Source: Macrostomum lignano (taxonomy: Eukaryota). From it: a stretch of 64,000 nt of DNA. This document shows positions 61,313 to 64,000 of the stretch, one piece after another. Positions within the stretch are counted from its first letter, which is position 1; each line of letters opens with the position of its first letter. The stretch spans positions 310,001-374,000 of the forward strand of contig NIVC01000012.1 in assembly GCA_002269645.1 (NCBI GenBank), given 5' to 3'. The notes beneath the pieces are model-generated. The model was not told the DNA's origin, ran no database searches, and was given only the letters and a program-made list of their open reading frames with translations. Position numbers and translations under genes: made by a program.

Positions 61313-62449
61313 GATCCTACAATTTCAGTCAATTAACCTTTGCAGCCGGATGAAACAGCCAAGACTTAACCTTAGGAGATCGCGCAACGTGCCAAGCAGA
61401 CATGCTCGCTAATTCAATCCATATCTCACTCCTAACCCACCCACCCCCCATGTGTCAGACTCAGAACAAGCCGGTTGCGAACAAAAATTTACAAAATGAA
61501 TCACTGCTACAGAAGAGAACACAGACAGGCGCAGCCGGTTTACTTTGCAGTTGGTTTGGGAGGTGCTCCAATTTCTATAAGCTCTCTTCACGAAGGCAGG
61601 CCCCTCCACCAAACCCTCCCCCCCATGTGGTATATGTCTCCTATATTCGTGCCGTGCGCATTTTTATAACAAAAAACCGCGTCAAATTCCCGTTTTTTTT
61701 CATTCTCTTCAAGCTCCCGTGAGCAGCTGCTGGCGGTGAGCAGGGGGGGGGGCAGCCATGGACTACTAGACCGAAAAGGATCTGGATAGATAACAAAGGC
61801 TTTAAACTGAAAAAACTAGACACTTGCCGTAAAATGGATTTAGCCGGAATCGAAAAGGGGGTCGCTTATGAAATTATATTGAATGACTGCACGTTAAGAG
61901 CTTTCCAGTCCAGCTACAGGCTTTTAGGGCTCCATGGCCCCACGCTATAGTCTGCCTCACCTCCACGTTTATACCCTCTACCATGAGCTGGGCGTCCCCT
62001 CTCTCAATTATATCCTCACAATCCCCAAAAACCCAAGCCCTTCCCCCGGTTCTCTTCTCTCTTGGATTTCCACCCCCTATCTGTTTACTGCATGCGGGAA
62101 CAGCTGGGATGTTACAGCATGATATGTACACACACGCGCACACACAGAGAGAGGAGCAGTCCTCTATGACGCAATCAATCCTTATTTATCCCAAGCCTGC
62201 TCTTTCACGCCCGGCTCGACGATCTCTCAACATATCTGATCAAGCCGGGACTAGGGGAAGCCGCGGTGACAAAGAGAAATCGAGATAATAATCATTTTTT
62301 AATGGGAATTCAGTGACAGGGAAAAATTAATGAAGTAATGGGGGGAGCGATTTGCAGGCGATTTTTAAGGCAGTTTTTGAGGATGAAAAAAATGAACCCT
62401 CTAAAAGGGTGAGTGAATGAATAAAGAATTTTGGACAAGATGGCATTTC

Positions 62450-63380
62450 ACAATCCCCAAGCTTCTCAACCCCAAGCTTCACAATCCCCAAGTTTCTCAA
62501 GCTTGACAATCCCAAAACTTGACAATCCCCAAGCTTCACAATCCCAAAACTTCACAATCCCCAAGCTTCACAATCTCCAAGCTTCACAATCCCCAAGCTT
62601 CACAATCCCAAAGCTTCACAATCTCAAAGCTTCACAATCCCCAAGCTTCACAATCCCCAAGCTTCACAGTCCCAAAGCTTCACAATCCCTAAGATTCACA
62701 ATCCCTTAGCTTCATAATCCCCAAGCTTCACAATCCCAAAGCTTCACAATCCCCAAGCTTCACAATCCCCAAGCTTCACAACCCCCAAGCTTCACATTCC
62801 CCAAGCTTCACAACCCCCAAGCTTCACAACCCCCAAGCTTCACAATCCCGAAGCTTCACAATCCCAAAGCTTCACAATCCCCAAGCTTCACAACCCCCAA
62901 GCTTCACAGTCCCCAATCTTCACATTCCCCAAGCTTCACAATCCCAATCTTCACATTCCCCAAGCTTCACAATCCCAATCTTCACAATCCCCAAGCTTCA
63001 CAATCCCCAAGCTTCACAATCCCCAAGCTTCACAATCCCCAAGCTTCACATTCCCCAAGCTTCACAATCCCAATCTTCACATTCCCCAAGCTTCACAATC
63101 CCAATCTTCACAATCCCCAAGCTTCACAATCCCCAAGCTTCACAATCCCCAAGCTTCACATTCCCCAAGCTTCACAACCCCCAAGCTTCACAACCCCCAA
63201 GCTTCACAATCCCGAAGCTTCACAATCCCGAAGCTTCACAATCCCAAAGCTTCACAATCCCAAAGCTTCACAACCCCCAAGCTTCACAACCCCCAAGCTT
63301 CACAGTCCCCAATCTTCACATTCCCCAAGCTTCACAATCCCAATCTTCACATTCCCAAAGCTTCACAACCCCCAAGCTTC
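62450..63380. repeat. 16-bp minisatellite (AAGCTTCACAATCCCC)n
   Basis: About 57 units with higher-order blocks. Confidence 0.94.
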
Positions 63381-63779
63381 AGACTCTCCATACTAAAAAA
63401 AACTCAAAGCTGTGAAGAGTATTTCGATACATATCGGAGGGAAAGATTCTCAGTTTAATAAAAATGTGATTGTTTTCTTAGCATGCAATCCTGCAGCTGG
63501 TTATGAAATGTTCACACTCAGTTTTAATTAAAAAAATTTGATGAAATTTAAGCACCAAGCTGCATTCCTGCGCAGAAAACGGGCAATTTAAGGTCACAGG
63601 GGTGCTCGTAGGTGAAGGGGTGAGGGCTGAAATCCTATAAATATTCTAACAGAAACAATTGGATTTCAAATCAATTTGGCTCTAGGCAGCCAACCTGTAC
63701 TCAAGGCAATTCATACGTTTATTGCGCTTTTGATTAGTGGCGACAGGCAGCTTAGCTGAGGTTTTCTCAATTCGGCTTG

Positions 63780-64000
63780 AGAGACGAGAGATGGATAAGA
63801 TAGAGAGGTAGATAGGTAGGCGGAGGTATTGTAGGTTGAGAAGGGAGAGAGGGAGATAGAGAGGGGAAAGAAGGGTGCAGAGAAAGGAGAGAGGGAAGAG
63901 ACGTAGAGGTGATAGAGAAGTAGAGAGGGAGGGAAGAGGGAGAGAGGGGAGAGCGAGAAAAAGGAGAGGGAGAGAGGGAAAAGAGAGTGGGGAAGGGAGA
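63780..64000. repeat. GA-rich polypurine tract running to the window edge
   Basis: Read directly. Confidence 0.85.

Noticed and set aside
61874-62288. Short ORFs, possible retroelement fragment (LYHELGVPSL)
   Set aside because: Too short and lacking diagnostic RT/endonuclease motifs.

Overview
Eukaryotic (metazoan) genomic DNA with spliceosomal GT-AG introns. A flatworm such as Macrostomum is my inference from the repeat-filled introns and channel motifs; it is not proven. I reconstructed five protein-coding genes by hand with phase-consistent splice sites. (1) ICMT, + strand, 2 exons, 304 aa. (2) A DEG/ENaC-family channel, - strand, 2 exons, 597 aa. (3) A Mesh/SUSD2-like NIDO-IPT-AMOP-VWD-Sushi-TM protein, + strand, 15 exons, 1171 aa, with one GC-AG intron. 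(4) A signal-peptide, probably GPI-anchored, Cys-rich repeat protein of unknown function, - strand, 5 exons, 667 aa. (5) The 3' part of a Sidekick-like Ig/FN3 adhesion gene, - strand, 13 exons seen; its 5' exons were not found in the window. Almost every longer intron holds a micro/minisatellite, a SINE or a MITE, and most long ORFs in the supplied track are repeat artefacts. The most notable observations are: an in-frame TGA plus a 24-bp array replacing part of the Sidekick FN3-6 exon; two CORE-type SINE copies; a second tRNA-derived SINE with a perfect 13-bp TSD; and inverted repeat elements flanking an in-frame block of Mesh-like exons that includes the TM exon. No CRISPR array, rRNA or intact tRNA was seen.
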